In this document: positions 26,705 through 41,125 of the stretch, in pieces
Numbering within the stretch: position 1 is the stretch's first letter
Layout of the letters: each line of letters begins with the position of its first letter
Source: Bugula neritina
Taxonomy: Eukaryota > Animalia > Bryozoa
Direction of reading: 5' to 3'
NCBI GenBank assembly: GCA_964035545.1
Contig: OZ037766.1
Coordinates: 13,072,722-13,136,721, forward strand
DNA: 64,000 bases
Made by a program: the position numbers and the translations under genes
Notes under the pieces: generated by a model
What the model was told of the DNA's origin: nothing
The model's input: the letters and a program-made list of their open reading frames with translations, nothing else
Databases searched by the model: none

Positions 26705-29096
26705 ATTTGCTGTATGTTTCCTCTTCTAGTTCTCTACTTGAAGTTATATCTGTATACATTAGAGACTTATTAAGTTAACAAAAACTACTGCTCATTTGTA
26801 AAAAGTTATAGAAATTACGCAAGTCATTCAAGAAGAATTGAAGTGTTACATAACTTGGTGTGGTGTTGGTTTAGCACACCAGTAATTAAAGTTAGGGAAT
26901 AATAACGGTTTTTCTGGACTATTATCAATAATTAGGGCAAAATAATGAGAACTCAAGTGCATACAGCCATTTCAGTGGCAACATGCTATCTCCTAATAAT
27001 TAAACATTTGATTAATCAATAAAGATAATTCAACCCAATTATATTTTAAGCAATTGAAATTACTCTTCCTTCAAAGTGACCAACACAAGGGATTTGAACA
27101 CTTTGTAATTCATAACAGAAGTTACTATAACACTAATTACGATCATTATTCTCTCCTACTAATGTTATTTACTTACTAGAAGTTGAACATGCTTATGTAG
27201 TATAACAACACTTACCTTTGTGTACGAAAGGTTATACTGAAATAGTTCTCCCAATAATCTTGCCTTCTTATTTTATAACCTGTAATTTTAAAAGTCTCAC
27301 TTGAATGTTTTCCTCTCTAATGTGATATTTGGAATTTCTCATATTGTTCAATTTCAATAAAGTTATTTTGTTTAAAATAGTATCCATTATGATCAACATA
27401 AAAAGTCATGTAAGTGTATTATGTAACACAAGTTAACTAGGTTTATGAGACATAAGGCACAACGTCAATCATAGCTAGGATAAAAGCCTTTGTCACAGTC
27501 TAATAAGTAGATTGAATAATATTTAAGGTACACTTACTTATGTCAGCAAAATGTGTTATTCTGTTTGATATTATTTAAATGAAGTGACACTTGAATTCTT
27601 AGCCTTAGCATGTCATAACAATACAAAACAAATACAAGGTGCAGTTGATACAAATCTTTTGGGTGTATTATGTAGTTATTTAAAGCTCAATCACCTGCCC
27701 CTTTTTGTTTAGTACAGGTAGATATGTTTTTTCACTCCCTTGCAATAATAATAGTTGTAAAATCATAACATTTTTTCAGAAAAAAATTGTGACATGCATT
27801 TTTTGCTGAATTTTTGTCAACATGGGTTTCAGATTTCATATCTGTACCGAATAAACTATTTTCCTACCTGTAGAGCTGCCAGGTGCTTACTGTTCTTAGC
27901 ACATACTGCATGAAAGCATTTCAAATTGTGAGTTAGCTAAACAGTTAATAAAAAACATATATTGGTCTTTTTATCGATCATCTTTTATATAATTGCAGTA
28001 TTTATGCAAAGAAATAATCCCTTTGATGTTGAAAAACGCTGTAATCACATGCCACACATTTTATATATGTTCAGTCAAATAGCATGCTGACTTGATATCC
28101 TAATTTAGTGCCTTTATTTGAAGATTATGTTTGTGTGTGTTTAAAAAATCTCGATTCATTGCATATTTATTCATTGCTCATTAAATGATACAATCTATAG
28201 TTGTTAGGCACACAGTGTAGGCGAATTTATACATTGTGTATGGTGTAAATATACTAGTGCTCAATGGTTATTGTTTATATTGAGCTATTACTTAGTCTAA
28301 TTTATAGTGTATACAGGGCATTCAAAGCCAACACTGTACATCATTGCTTGTAGCTTTTATACCATACATAGAAAACATTTATAATTTTACCAGTTATAAC
28401 ATATTATATAGTGTGATGTCTAATCCGTGAAACTTCCGTAGCCTGGAAAGTATAAATGTTGGCCCAGGTTTATAGAAATACTTTTAGATTTGTCAATTCC
28501 AACATTATAGCATGAAAGTCAGCTGAAAGAGCTATGCACGCATAGCTTATAAATCAGGGATATGAATATTGAGCCAAAACTAGTATTTCATTCATGATGA
28601 TAAAAAGAAAGTTTTTCATTCTGTAATAATTTCATTTTGTAATAATAGAAAACATTATAATTTGCAAAAGAATGATAAAACTAACCAGTTTTATAATTTA
28701 CTGAAACGTTTGCTGTTTATAGCTCAACTCTGAAATAAACGTTAGATTATTTTAATATATAGCTTTAGATACATTGAAAACAGAAATTGAAATGACTCGT
28801 TATAGAAGTTTGTATTTAATTTGGGGTATAATATATGCCATTTCTCCTGAAATTTGTTTGCAATGAAGTTTTAAATACTTAAGAAAATCCAAGATTTTTC
28901 AGTTAGCCAACCATAACACCTGATATTTAATTTAGTTATTAGCTTTTATTGATGTCATATATGAACTTGTCAAATTGTGGCTAATATTTTTACCCCCTCC
29001 CCTTCCCTGATGAGCTCAAATTTAATCTTAGGTGATGTGGAGTGATGAGATAAGTGTTATCTATTTGAAAATCTGAAACTTTGCATTTTCTGCTAT

Positions 29097-29100
<4 letters not shown>

Positions 29101-29174
<74 letters not shown>
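29101..29174. repeat. (ATTG)n microsatellite, ~18 perfect units
   Basis: Read directly. Confidence 0.97.
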
Positions 29175-30873
29175 CATATCACAGACATGAAAACATGTTG
29201 TGAAAATCTGACTGCTGACAAATGTCAGCTGTCAAAAGAGGAGATAACTCATGAACCAGGTACTATAAAATCGGTCAACATTTTGGTGTAGGACAGTCTC
29301 AGCTAAAGATCATAGATGTGTTTCAAATTAAAAGTTGTTGTTATTTATTCTCTGAGAATATAGCATTAGTTTTGATTGTTTGTAGACAAAATTGTTATAT
29401 GCATTATACCTTGTTGAATGAATTTGAGTTGTGACAAGCTGAACTATTTTACTAGACTTTTACTGGTACACAATATTTACCACCTGCATACAATGGTTTA
29501 GCTATGACTAAAAAATTGAGTTAATAACAAATATAACAGTTTTGTTCACAAAAATGGAATATTGATATGGTGTCAGAAATATAATCCATGCATACCTGAC
29601 AGCAGACAGCAATCAGCATAACAACTCCCGCTATGAGCTCTATATAGTGGAAGCAACTCCATCACCAATCACAAAGTACTCTTTTGGAAGTCAAAATCTT
29701 ATGGAAAATACTTTATGCATGTATTTCAATAATAAACTAAAGTCTAATGCTTGCTAATTGCTATATATATCTCAAAATGAAACTGCAATGATATATGGTC
29801 AAACCGACAGAATGTTGTATTGCTTTTAGCATCTCACATCATGAAACATTTCGGACAAACGTAGTGAAACTTCCAGTCAACATTTTTATCCAAAATGATC
29901 GAAATCTCTGTTATAATTATACTAAGTAACCAGATAGACTATTTTGATGCAATAGTGCTTGTTGTAGAATTAGATACGTTGAAATAAGATATGAGAGTTA
30001 TCAATTGTTAAACACCAGCTAACTTAGCAACTCCCAGTGTATAGTAGTTGAAACAACTGTTTTTTTCAGCATGTATCCTGGAGCTTTAATTCATTTATAT
30101 TGGTACCAAAAAGTATACGCAGTTCTCAATCATAAAGGTATGGAAAGACATTTTAGTTGCTGAATAACCAGTTGGTATGAGCACAGAGTGCATCACAGCG
30201 AGTGTGGGGAGAGTTGTGTAAACTTCTCAAATGACTTGCATAAACTTTACTAACAGCTGATAGAATAGGCGTGGGAGCAGCTGCAATAACAAAACAAGTA
30301 AGAAAAAATAACCCCAAATACATGAAGCATAACTTTTTTATAGCTATAAAAAATTTGACGTTCCAAGCAATGCAAGCCATAGCAAAACACATATATAATA
30401 ACTATGCTGTGTACTATCAAAATGCTAAGCCTAAATCAAAATTTGATGAGTTGCAGAATCAAAACCAGAAATTACATTGGAGGAATGATTCATCTGTTAA
30501 AAAGCTTTGCAGTTGTTATAGAAATTTTATATGGTTGTCAATAATCATTGAAATCTATTGCGGTAACATCTTTTACTGCACTAACATCTTTTACTGCACG
30601 AGTAAACATACAAATTAAAGTGGGAAACTGTTTCATTAAGAGCTCTCTTTCTAAATTTAATTATAAAGAAGTAGAAATAACTTTTTTTAAATTTATTTTG
30701 TAAATTTATGACGGTAAACATTATATATCATGTCTAAAGGCTAAAAGCATGAAAGCCAAAAGACACTAATAGCACTAATAGACAATAGTAGAACAAGCAA
30801 AATAAAATCATTGTAAGAGTTAAAATATTTGAGTTTTATGAAACAAGCTAAATAACAGTTTCGTTGTTTCAAG

Positions 30874-32749
30874 TTATTGCCTGAAAATAAGTTCACAGTC
30901 TCTTATCTTCTTGGCAAACATTTTAGTCAGCCCTGAAACATTTACGTGTGATAACCCTTCTGCCTTCTTGTCAACTGGTGAAGGAGTATAGAGATCAGCA
31001 GTGCTTAACCAGTTATATACAGTAACCAGGTTTCTGACTGTAGAAGGCTTGTTAGCAATGGACATTTGTGCAGGTGTTTGTGAAGCTGCTGAATAGTAGA
31101 AGGTTGCTTGGGTGGGCCTGGTTTGAAAGGAGGCAGATCGAGGCAAAGTTGGAGACGAGATTGCTACTTCGTGGTTGATGATATTTGCTGAGGTAGAGAA
31201 CAGATGAGTTTGAGCTGCCAGCTCTGTGGAGGAAATGGGTGCTTTTCTTGCACCAGCTGCAGATCTAAAACTTGGCGATGTTTGAGTAGTCTGAGAGTTG
31301 TCAAACCATGTCTGTGTAGCTTGGGAACTTTTGAAGATTGTTTGAGTAGCCTGGGTTCTATAAGATATTGTTTGTGTAGCCTGGGATCGTTTACAGACTG
31401 TTTGTGTAGCCTGGGTTCTATAAGATATTGTTTGTGTAGCCTGGGATCGTTTACAGACTGTTTGTGTAGCCTGGGTTCTATAAGGTATTATTTGTGTAGC
31501 CTGATATTGTTTACGGACTGTTTGTGTAGCCCTGTCAGACTTCATATGAGTAGCCTCTAATTTCTTCTTCTTTCCTTGTGTAAACTCTTTAGAAGAACCA
31601 ACAGACAGTGGGAGTTTTGTGATGCAAGTAGGTGGAGATAAGACTGAGTTTGGGTAGTGAATGAGTCCAGTAGTCGTAGGATATAGAAGAGAATTTGTTT
31701 GCGTCTGATTACCTTGAGCATCTGGACCAGAAGTAACTGTTGGGAGGAAGGTTTTCATCTGAAATGGAGCAGCTGAAAGAGAGTTGTTGGTACATTTAGC
31801 AAAACTTTTAGCCAGTGGAGATGAGGAAATAATCACCCTGATCTGGTGAATCAAAGTGTCCGAGCCACATCTCTCTGCTAGGGGTAAGGCCAATGCATGT
31901 GTAAGAGCATTTATTTGAGGTGGTTTAATAAGCACTGAGAATGTAGTGAAGTTCATCAAAGTAGACAGTTCGCCATTGAAAGCTGGTTCAGTAAGCATTG
32001 AGAACAAGAGAGGAAACAGAGAAGATGGTGTAACAAGAGCCTGTTCAGAAGTAGCAAGTGGGCACAATGAAGCCATACTAGCTAGAGTGAAAGCACCAAA
32101 GATTTTGTTAGCTAGAGATGAATGAGTATGCGAAGCATAGTATTTTGATGCAGATCGTGTGAGCAATAGAGGCCTAATAAAAGCATTGCCTGAGGACTTA
32201 GAGAAAGAGACGAGCTTTGATGAAGTTGAATCGGCCGAAGTTAGAGAAGACCTTGGAGGGGGTAAAGGTGGTACCGGTGGTGGTGGCAAGGGCTGAGGAT
32301 TATTGTTCTTATCCTCTCTCAGCGAGGAACAAAACTCATTTATTGTTGTCAGGCAATCATAGTAAATGTCACTCTCTTTATATTCAGAGGAGAGCTTAAA
32401 CTCTAAGCCGGACTCAGCAATCTAAAAAAATTAATGAATCGTCTAATAAGTTTCATACGGGTAAAAGCTTTTGAATCTTTGCAGATAAGTAGCTTTAGGT
32501 TTTTGCATAGTAAAGTTTTCGATTACAGAAATCAAATATATTTATAGGTATAACATTCTTATTTTATTTTACTTTTAATTATTTTGCAAAAAATATTTAC
32601 TACCAATAAAACAATGAATTTAGAGTTTTTGTCATAATAAATTATAGGTCATTAATTCATGTAGCCTTAACGGACGCCATATTACAGTGCCAGTTATAGA
32701 ATTTACTAACCTCGGTTCTTTCATCCTTTTTGTGCTGCAAGCAATCCAT
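30874..32749 (-). CDS. Uncharacterised S/T-rich protein with a polyproline tract and tandem TQT array (2 exons, 528 aa)
   Basis: Exon 1 32749-32711 (MDCLQHKKDERTE|gttagt); exon 2 32421-30874 after a ttttttag acceptor, phase 0. 1548 nt open in AT-rich DNA. The ORF track start at 32289 is only an internal TTG. Confidence 0.8.
31270..31535 (-). repeat. Coding minisatellite: nine 30-bp units with 60-bp higher-order periodicity
   Basis: Alternating ctgggttctataagatattgtttgtgtagc / ctgggatcgtttacagactgtttgtgtagc; encodes xxQATQT(V/I)xx. Confidence 0.95.
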
Positions 32750-34275
32750 CACCGTATTCCAAAACCCAATAACCAATTTAAACAAGGTTCTTGTAACCTC
32801 ATTCTAAAAAAATGAAATTTTGTAACACTTTAATCATTATTACTTAAAAATGCTTCTGAATTTATGCAAAAAAATAGTATTCTATAGTTTGCAGCTCATA
32901 TAATTTTAGTATAAAAGCTTGTTTACTTTTAGTAACTTATAGCTATTGTAAACTTATCACTACAAAAAGATAATTTATATTTCAGAAACAAAAGTTATAC
33001 TAATTATATTTGTAAACATAAACTTACCACTGTCCAAATTACAGTTCGGAAAAATGTAAAGCACAAATACACGAGAGAAATAATATCAATACTGATAATA
33101 CAACCAATTAGCGACATGATACAGTTATAACTATAGAGCAAGAAAGAGCAGAGCAGCTGGTTGCTAAATAGAATATCGTTGTGTTGTTTCATTAGTAATA
33201 GCGTAAGGGTAACTCATTGTTAATTTATGTAGAATTTTTACTATGGCTTCAAGACTTGTATAACATTATAGTTAAAAACTGATTAAACTTGTAATGTAAC
33301 CATGTGTTATAATAATAAGATTCTATAAACTACATCACTCATAACTTTTTCAATTTTTGAAAACACTGATTATGCTCAAACTTTTCAAGTTTATAAACTG
33401 ATGTTATGACTTGCTTTTAAAATTAGGATTAAGTTCAATTTTAAATCCTGAAAAACTTATTTTTTCAACTATGTGCAAGTTTTATAATAATGAAGCTAAG
33501 AAACGGCTGCTTTGTATTTGTATGACATATATTGGTTTAATGTGAAATATGCTTTGAGACATCCTCTTTGTAATTATTCAACTTTATATAAATAAAAGTG
33601 AGTACAAAGCAGTCTATTTATAATGGATTATGGCAACTCATTTACCTTATATTGGTTTAAAAGTTGTCAGTTTGCTTAGTTTGGTTAATGGAGCTACTTT
33701 TAAATTTTTATACAAACTCATAGAAATGCCAACCAAATGCCAATCTACATTCACATATACATCTACAATGTATTTTTATAATAGCTACATCACATATATA
33801 CATCAAAATTAAAAGTTTGCTAACATTTACGCATATTTTTTATAATTAGGTACACAAAAATTATCATAAAGTTTCTCACAATAAATACATGACCGTACTT
33901 AAAGCTAAATTTAAATGTTATATGTTTTTTATATTCTTCTGCATGATTATATATTGCAGGCCATGAAGTTCCTCAGATATTGTTGAAGTACATCAATATT
34001 TTCCATCTACCAAATTTCTAATGCATAAAAATCAGATAAATAAAAATTAACAGCTTTGAAATTTTTAACATAAGTATCACAGAAAATGGAATTAAATCTC
34101 AACTTAGTATTACATGAACTGTAAATATTATATCAACAAAAATATTAAAAATTCAACAATAATAAATAACTAACTAAATAACTTTTAGAAATCTCATTGT
34201 AATATTTACACATGGTGATCAACATTTCCTCTCACTTTATCACATAGTGGCTTTGTCATGTGAATCTTATACCTG

Positions 34276-36547
34276 CTAACTAAGATGCTTTTTGTTGGTC
34301 CTACAGGTACACCTTTTCTTGCCTCTTCCATCTAAGATAAGCACAAAAATGGAGACAAATTAAAATTAGAATAGTATAGGCCAGGGGTAGGCAATGTTTT
34401 TTGCTTGATCGGGCCAAATTCAGAAGCTGGCCAAAACGAAAGGCCATATGATTGTAAACATGTTAAATTTTATTATAATAAAGTAATTTGTCACCACACC
34501 TATGCCGTGCCAATCAGAATACATACAACAGTTTTTGCTGATCTTGAGCATTAAAAGAGCCACTGAAAAATGGGCAAATGGCCACAGGTGGCCCTGGGGC
34601 CCCCAGTTGCTCACCCCTGGTATAGGCCTATAATAGAGCTAGAAACACATCATTCTCATATTGATATCATAACATGAGATAATATTTCATTCTTGTTTCA
34701 TACATTCTGTGATTTTGTATGAATAAAGCAGATGATGACCTTAGATGGACAATAGGGTTGACCTTTCTGGTCATTGCATATCACATTTAATTATACACAT
34801 GTGAGGTATGTATAAGAATGTGTACAGTATATACACTGCTTCATGATGTACAATGGGCAGAGACACGTACTAGCTGCATGCTGTGTCAGCAGACGTATAA
34901 ATTCTTCCCCTAGGTCTATGTTTAGTAAAATATTTATTCTATTTCTTATCCTCCCCTCAACATCAACTATAAACATGATTTCTAAGCATTAAAATATTTG
35001 CTATGAAATCATATTATGTTAAATTAACGTTTTCAAGTGTCAGTCTTTTTTACAATTAATGAATTTTTATATGTATTAGTATCAGCCAATACAATTTTGT
35101 ACCATAACCTACTGAAAAAATGTATTCACATTGTATAATATCTGTAATGTTTGGGCCAATTTACAACAAAATGCTAACTATGTATCAAAATATTTTTGTA
35201 TTCAATCAGTATAGACTATACAGTAATATATACAAAATTATATGAAATATGTACCTCTACAATAATAAACTTATATGATATTCAAACCTATCATTTATAT
35301 TACTATTAAGCAATAGTCACAGTACTATAGTTAGTAGTGGATACTTACTAAATTTTGGTAAAGGTGAAGATCTTCGAGCTGTCTGACACGTCTCTGGGTT
35401 AACCAAGTGTGAAGGTGAACAGGCGCATTCATCAATGTCAAACAGCTGCTGGGAACCACAAAAACTCACCAACCTGTTGCTGTCTGGATTAGCTACAGTA
35501 ATATATTAAATATACTTGTACTGTTCCACCTTCATTTTTACAGAAATGGGCAAACAAAATGTTGCAGTTACATTAAAACAGTGAAAAAAGATTTGAGGTT
35601 TTAGTGAAATGATTATCCAGTCATAACGCATTCTAACAAAAACACTTATTCTTTATGTTTTATCCAGCAGCAATGATTGATGTACTAATGCAACAATTAA
35701 ATTATAGTACGCCATGTGTAGTTGTCTTACCTTGTGAGGTTATCATGTATGCATATTTCACACAAGAGCTAGACCTATCATCATACCAGTCAGCAAGATC
35801 AACAGCGATTGCAATTCCTGAGCTTGTCTCACATGTTGGTACTAAAAATAAGGCGGAATAGTTATAACATATAAACATGAGGATATAATTGCATGACTAC
35901 ATTCCGGATATTTGGTGTAGTGATTAAATAGAAGTCCTGATGCTCCGTTTTAGCTGCATGCACTGGTAGGTAGTTATGTAGCATAAATATGAGTGAATGC
36001 ACAAATTCAATGGTGAGTGAATGTACTCTTGGATACCTTTAGGTGGTATATTACTGGCAGGGAGGGAAGTATATAAATATAGTTTAATAAACCTACATTA
36101 ATACATTAGTCTATCAAAAAAGTTTTTAAAAAACTTGAAGTTTGAAAAATTATTAATAGTTAAATTAGACCACAAACCTTGTCCTGACCTTTTTGAAACT
36201 CTGTTGAGCAACCCAGAATAAACTTGTGTAACCTGTAGAAAAACCTCCCATATGGTAAACACAGCTAACACTGCTAGAGAAATCTCATATTAAGTGGTAG
36301 TGATTCATTTATGCCAATGTAACAGCAAAAGGGGAAAATTAATTCAGTTAAAGATGAATTAAAATCCTAACCTTATTAAAAAAAAAAAATCAAAATTATA
36401 TGATCAATAAAGCTTTCAATAAAACATACTTGGATTAACACACTAGTAGTGTAAAATTTATAAAGCAGTTAGTTTTATTACCTGTGTTAGAGATAATAAT
36501 AGCACAATGTTCAGCAAGTAGATCATTCCCTTTTTATCACAACCCAT
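34276..36547 (-). CDS. Secreted protein with one 6-Cys module (divergent chitin-binding type-2-like), ~156 aa
   Basis: Exons 36547-36482 (signal peptide MIYLLNIVLLLSLTQ), 36232-36178 (RVSKR), 35841-35731, 35492-35349, 34909-34871, 34331-34276. The first four are well supported by paralogy to the gene at 47.9-51.7 kb; the last two are less certain. Confidence 0.75.
34382..34619. mobile_element. hAT (Charlie-like) MITE, 238 bp
   Basis: TIRs caggggtaggcaa / ttgctcacccctg; perfect 8-bp TSD GTATAGGC. Confidence 0.9.
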
Positions 36548-36877
36548 AGCTCTAATTTCAGATGAAGTTAGTTGAAATAAAAGTGTCTGTAACGCAATAA
36601 AGGTAGCCTAAATCACAGCGATAAGCTTAGGTCAACTAGTTGCAAATAAAACGAAGATATGGAATGATCCAATTTATATCCCTGATTCTATACTTACTCA
36701 TGTGCAGAGTTGAAAGGTCAACTATGTGCCAGTTTTCCTTGTTTACATTATAGTATAGTTACTACGATGCACATGCTAGCTAACAATTGGTAAACAAAAA
36801 CAATGTTAACCCTTTCAATCAACGGAAGCTTACATTCTTATAAGTTCATTCCTCGAAAGCCCCTGTTTACAAGGTTT

Positions 36878-37037
36878 TCAAAAAGAGCTAAGGACTATGC
36901 CTCTCGCTGTGCTGATAACATAGTTTGAAGGCTTTGCTGCCGTGACAAAGAATTTGATAGGATGCTCTTCCGACATGGGCAGCAGCTCGCCAGGATCTAA
37001 ACTCATAGCCCAGTGCCATTCCTCAGACCTGGCCGCT
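36878..37037 (-). other. Orphan coding-like terminal exon; parent gene unresolved
   Basis: tttgtag acceptor, GC-richer, open frame AARSEEWHWAMSLDPGELLPMSEEHPIKFFVTAAKPSNYVISTARGIVLSSF*. Confidence 0.4.
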
Positions 37038-40000
37038 CTACAAATGCTAATAGCTTAGTGCACATAACATGTGAAAATGAAAGTATACCTCAGACTATTT
37101 AAACCAAGATGATCAATTGTAAACCATTGTTCAGAAATTGCCAAAGTTTTAATAGCCAAAAAGTAGCTTGTGAGCATAGTAATTTAAACTGTTTCATTTA
37201 TTCAATTAGAACCAAACCAAAGTTTATGAATTGGCAATTAAGCACCTATGCCCTAGAATCTAGATTATTGAAAGCTCTCAAATAATGAAATTACAGGCTT
37301 TGTGCAGAGTAGCTCAAAAATGCTTGCAGTTTTATATACTTTTTGAGATATTATAAATAAAATTAGTATTCACGTGTTTACTTTATACAATTAATGCTAA
37401 GCATAGTGTTATTAGCAATTGTGTTAGTTTTTCACAACGTTATCCTGCCGTAGATATATTTTTATTATGTATATACAACAGCTGAATGCAAAAATACAGA
37501 GAGAAAGCAATTCTTATTTGCTGACATTTTATAAGTAGCTACTAATAATTAAATGTTTGAGAATTTACTGTTATTAGTCGATCATATTATCATGCAAGAG
37601 TTTGTGCATTAGTTGTGCGCTGATTAGGGAAATTAAAGGTTTCAGTTTGTTATTTAGCAGCAAGGAAATCTTTTTATAAAAATAACTCTGAATTAAGCTA
37701 TCTATTGCTATAAAAAGGCAAATTACTAAACTGATACAATAAAATTCAACTGATTACATGTAAAATCTAATTTGCCTGTCTTTGTCTAGTCTGTTTTTAT
37801 ATAAAAAGATGAAAGCTTTTTTTAATAGAATACAGTTTAGTTTCAAGTTAATTTTGTTTTAAATTTTAGCACATGCTTCCAGTTAAAATCTAAATTGATT
37901 TCAAATGTGGACTTTGGCCATGTGTCAGTTTTCAATACGTGGAATTTAACCACATTTAACCAGTGTCTTTGCTAGCATATTGCCTTAATGCATTGACAGT
38001 TGCAGCACTAAAATATTTTCATAAAGCCTGTGTTCTAAGTAAATAATCCACAAAGCTCTGTCTCAAATTCTCAAATGAAAATGTATTGGATGGCAAAATT
38101 AAGAACATTATGCTATAAAAATTTTCCCTCCTGTAGCTAATTTAAAAAATTGGCTCAAAACAACAAATATACAGTTCTAGGAAGTATACAGGTATTTAGA
38201 TTCATTGTGTAATACAGTAACTTTTAATAAAAGCAAGCTTCATGTTAATGTTTCTATGTATTATGTCATCTGCTTCAATTATGTCAATAAAAGGTGTTCA
38301 GTTTCTTTTTGCAGTAAAAGCAGGTAATAAGGCATTTGTGTACCAAGTACACTTTTATATCCTTTCAACAGCAGAAGGGCAAAAATAGTTTTAACTGGTA
38401 ATAGTAGAGCTACTTTATAATACAGATCTATAAGACTATAACCATTGTTTATAATTCCACATAGCTCAATGTTAGTGTATTCAGATAGATTATTATTACA
38501 TAGAAAAGTTAGCTCTGTTTTAATTTAGCTATAATATATGCATGAATGGTGTTCCACTTTTTATCCCCAAAATAGGCTGCGTGTCTATGAAAAGCAAAAT
38601 CGATTGACCTTTAGATTTCAAAAGACCAATCAAAAAGAGTACAAATGATTTCAGGCAGACACCGATACTGTTTTTTAAAACTATTAAAAACATCGACATC
38701 CAAGTTCCAAATTCTACACCAGACAAAATTTAGAAGAAAGCTATTTTTGTCTAGGCGTGGGTTGACTAGCAACAGTTTTAGCATAAGCTTTTACTTAAGT
38801 TTAAATTAAAACAGTATCAAACTTCTTCAAACTAATGATAAATTAATTATAGAAACTTGAACCTGTTAAAATAAAATTACTTCCATTACAAAATAAAACT
38901 AATAGACTATCCCTGTACAGTTTCGTTTTTTTGGGATATTTAAAGCTGGTACTTATGTCTGTAGAGTACAAACCAACTCTGATGTATTTTTGTCAACTGT
39001 TCTTAAAACCATCAGTCCTTAACAACAAAAAATTGACACTTTCTGCTTCGTTGAGATTTTGGAGCGCTTAATGTAGTGAGTCAAATCTATCATATTTGCA
39101 TAAAGATGTTGATATTTTAAGAAAAATACATATCTAGAAAAACATTTAGTTGCAACTTTTATGTTTTATTTGCATTAGAAATACTTTATCAATATATAGC
39201 TAATTTGTTTTTCTTATGAACTGAGTGTTCGAAGTTTTTAATTATCCTATATAATAATTGATAGCCTTTATCAATAGCCTTTATTTAATTCTAATTTCTC
39301 TTAAGATATTTTAACCATCAACACTCTTGACTCTAGAGCTATAACCATTACAACAGCTCTTTGAGTGAATAAGAATTTTTATAAACATATGGCGTCAAAT
39401 AGAGGAAGAGTGTGTTTCTTCTCATTGAGGATTGAAAACACCTACACGCTAGTCATTTACATTAGGACATTTTAGAAGATGGCATATGACTATGTAAAAT
39501 ATTAAAAAGTTGAAGTTTTACAAACTTACTAACTTTACTGCCTTAAAGGAGGAGTATGTGCTAATTAACATCCTGCAATAATATTTTCCAAGATGAAAGA
39601 AAAATATAGAGTCCAAGTTAGTGTTCCACATTTATGCTGTTTATAGGTAACGTACATCCTATATATAGTTTAACAGCAACTATTGAGTGGCAATACATAC
39701 AGCTGAACCAGGAAATTGCAATGTTTACAATGTAAAGTAAGTCCCACATCATTTTTTCTAGTCAATCTGAATATAACCTAACAATTCTTAGAAGCCAAGT
39801 TCCATAAATAAGCCAAGTCTAAAATACATGCAGAAGCATTTGCGCATTTGTGGTTTTTTCCATTTAGGCAACTTGGTAACATCTGTTTTCTTTTTGCCCA
39901 CAATAAAGCAGCAGATGAATTTTTTTATACAGCTTACTTGCCAAAATGCAATAAAACAATAAAGTAGGCCTACCAGTTTTTACACGCTACACAGTTTGCT

Positions 40001-40367
40001 AACTGTTTACACTTTTTAGATACTTTTGAAAATATAGGCAGGTTAGAGATAGCTCATTTATTATATTGGTTTTGATTGGCAAAGAAACAGGTCAATCAGA
40101 ATGGTACATCTCTCTTAGAAAAAATAAAAATATTTTTGCATAATACAACCTTTTTATACCAGCTATAATAGCTACTCATTAAGAATCGGATATTATCTTT
40201 AAATATTTTTGTATTTAGACAGCATCTCAGTCAACATTTACTGGAACCACAAAATATGTTGACTTATAACACTATAATTGATAGGAAATAAATAATTTCT
40301 CATATTTTTTACTATTTAATATACTTTTTATGGCGAAGTAAGATGTGTATGTATTATAAATGGCAGG

Positions 40368-40560
40368 AAAATAGGTTTAGTGGTTAAACCACTGATTTAG
40401 TAAGCACAAGGTCAGTGGTTTGAATCTCAGTGAAGGCTATTGGCAATGTTAGGAAGGCCAAGCAGTCATATTTTCTCCTGTGCCACAATAGAAAACAAGT
40501 TGTTAGTTGGCTTGAAAAAAAGGGTTTCCATTAGGAATTCTCACAAGGAGGAGTTTTTAC
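40368..40560 (+). mobile_element. Degenerate tRNA-derived SINE
   Basis: A-box-like ggtttagtggttaa and B-box-like ggtttgaatctc at tRNA spacing, followed by a non-tRNA body (ggcaatgttaggaaggc); no acceptor stem. Confidence 0.6.
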
Positions 40561-41125
40561 ATGTATTATATTTGATGTATGAGAAAATGAATGCAGCCTA
40601 TATAAACTGACGCACCAGGCAAACATATGAAAATTGCTAGTTTGAGCCTGCATGCAGTTAGAAGTCAGTTGCATCAATTTTAGGTTTAGGAGTTATGAAA
40701 TTGTCATAAAACAAGCTCAGCTTCAGCTCTCTGCAATCCAAAATATGACTTTAACACTTCATATTTTTTTAAACCAGTTCAAAAACTTTCTATGCAAACT
40801 AGCAAACTTAATTTTAGTTCATATAAAAGCCTACTCACCCATACTCCACTAAATGCTTTATATATTATATATTATAGACCATGCATTATGTTACAAACAA
40901 GCTATCCACTTATTTTGGCCACAATATCACTTTACGGTTCCGAAATTAAATATATGTCTATATTAGAACATTTAAATTCAGACAAAATGCTGAAACTAAT
41001 GCAAGCCTTCTCACAAACAAAATATGTCAATCATACAATTATATACTGTCACTAAAACTTTTTTGCAAAAAGCTTAGAACATGAGATCCTAACCAGCTTG
41101 TGCTTTTGCTAATTTTTCAAACTAA

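Noticed and set aside
31270-31535. CRISPR-like regular repeats
   Set aside because: No unique spacers, in-frame coding tandem repeat, eukaryotic context
31204-31560. Cys-rich 118-aa plus-strand ORF (CLCSLGS repeats)
   Set aside because: Antisense shadow of the TQT minisatellite; the minus frame is far longer and has splice support
36586-36880. Bicistronic splice from the orphan exon into the secreted gene
   Set aside because: A better consensus donor (GA|gtaagt at ~36697) gives the downstream gene its own 5' UTR exon
40368-40445. tRNA gene
   Set aside because: No acceptor stem or clean cloverleaf; continues into a SINE-like body
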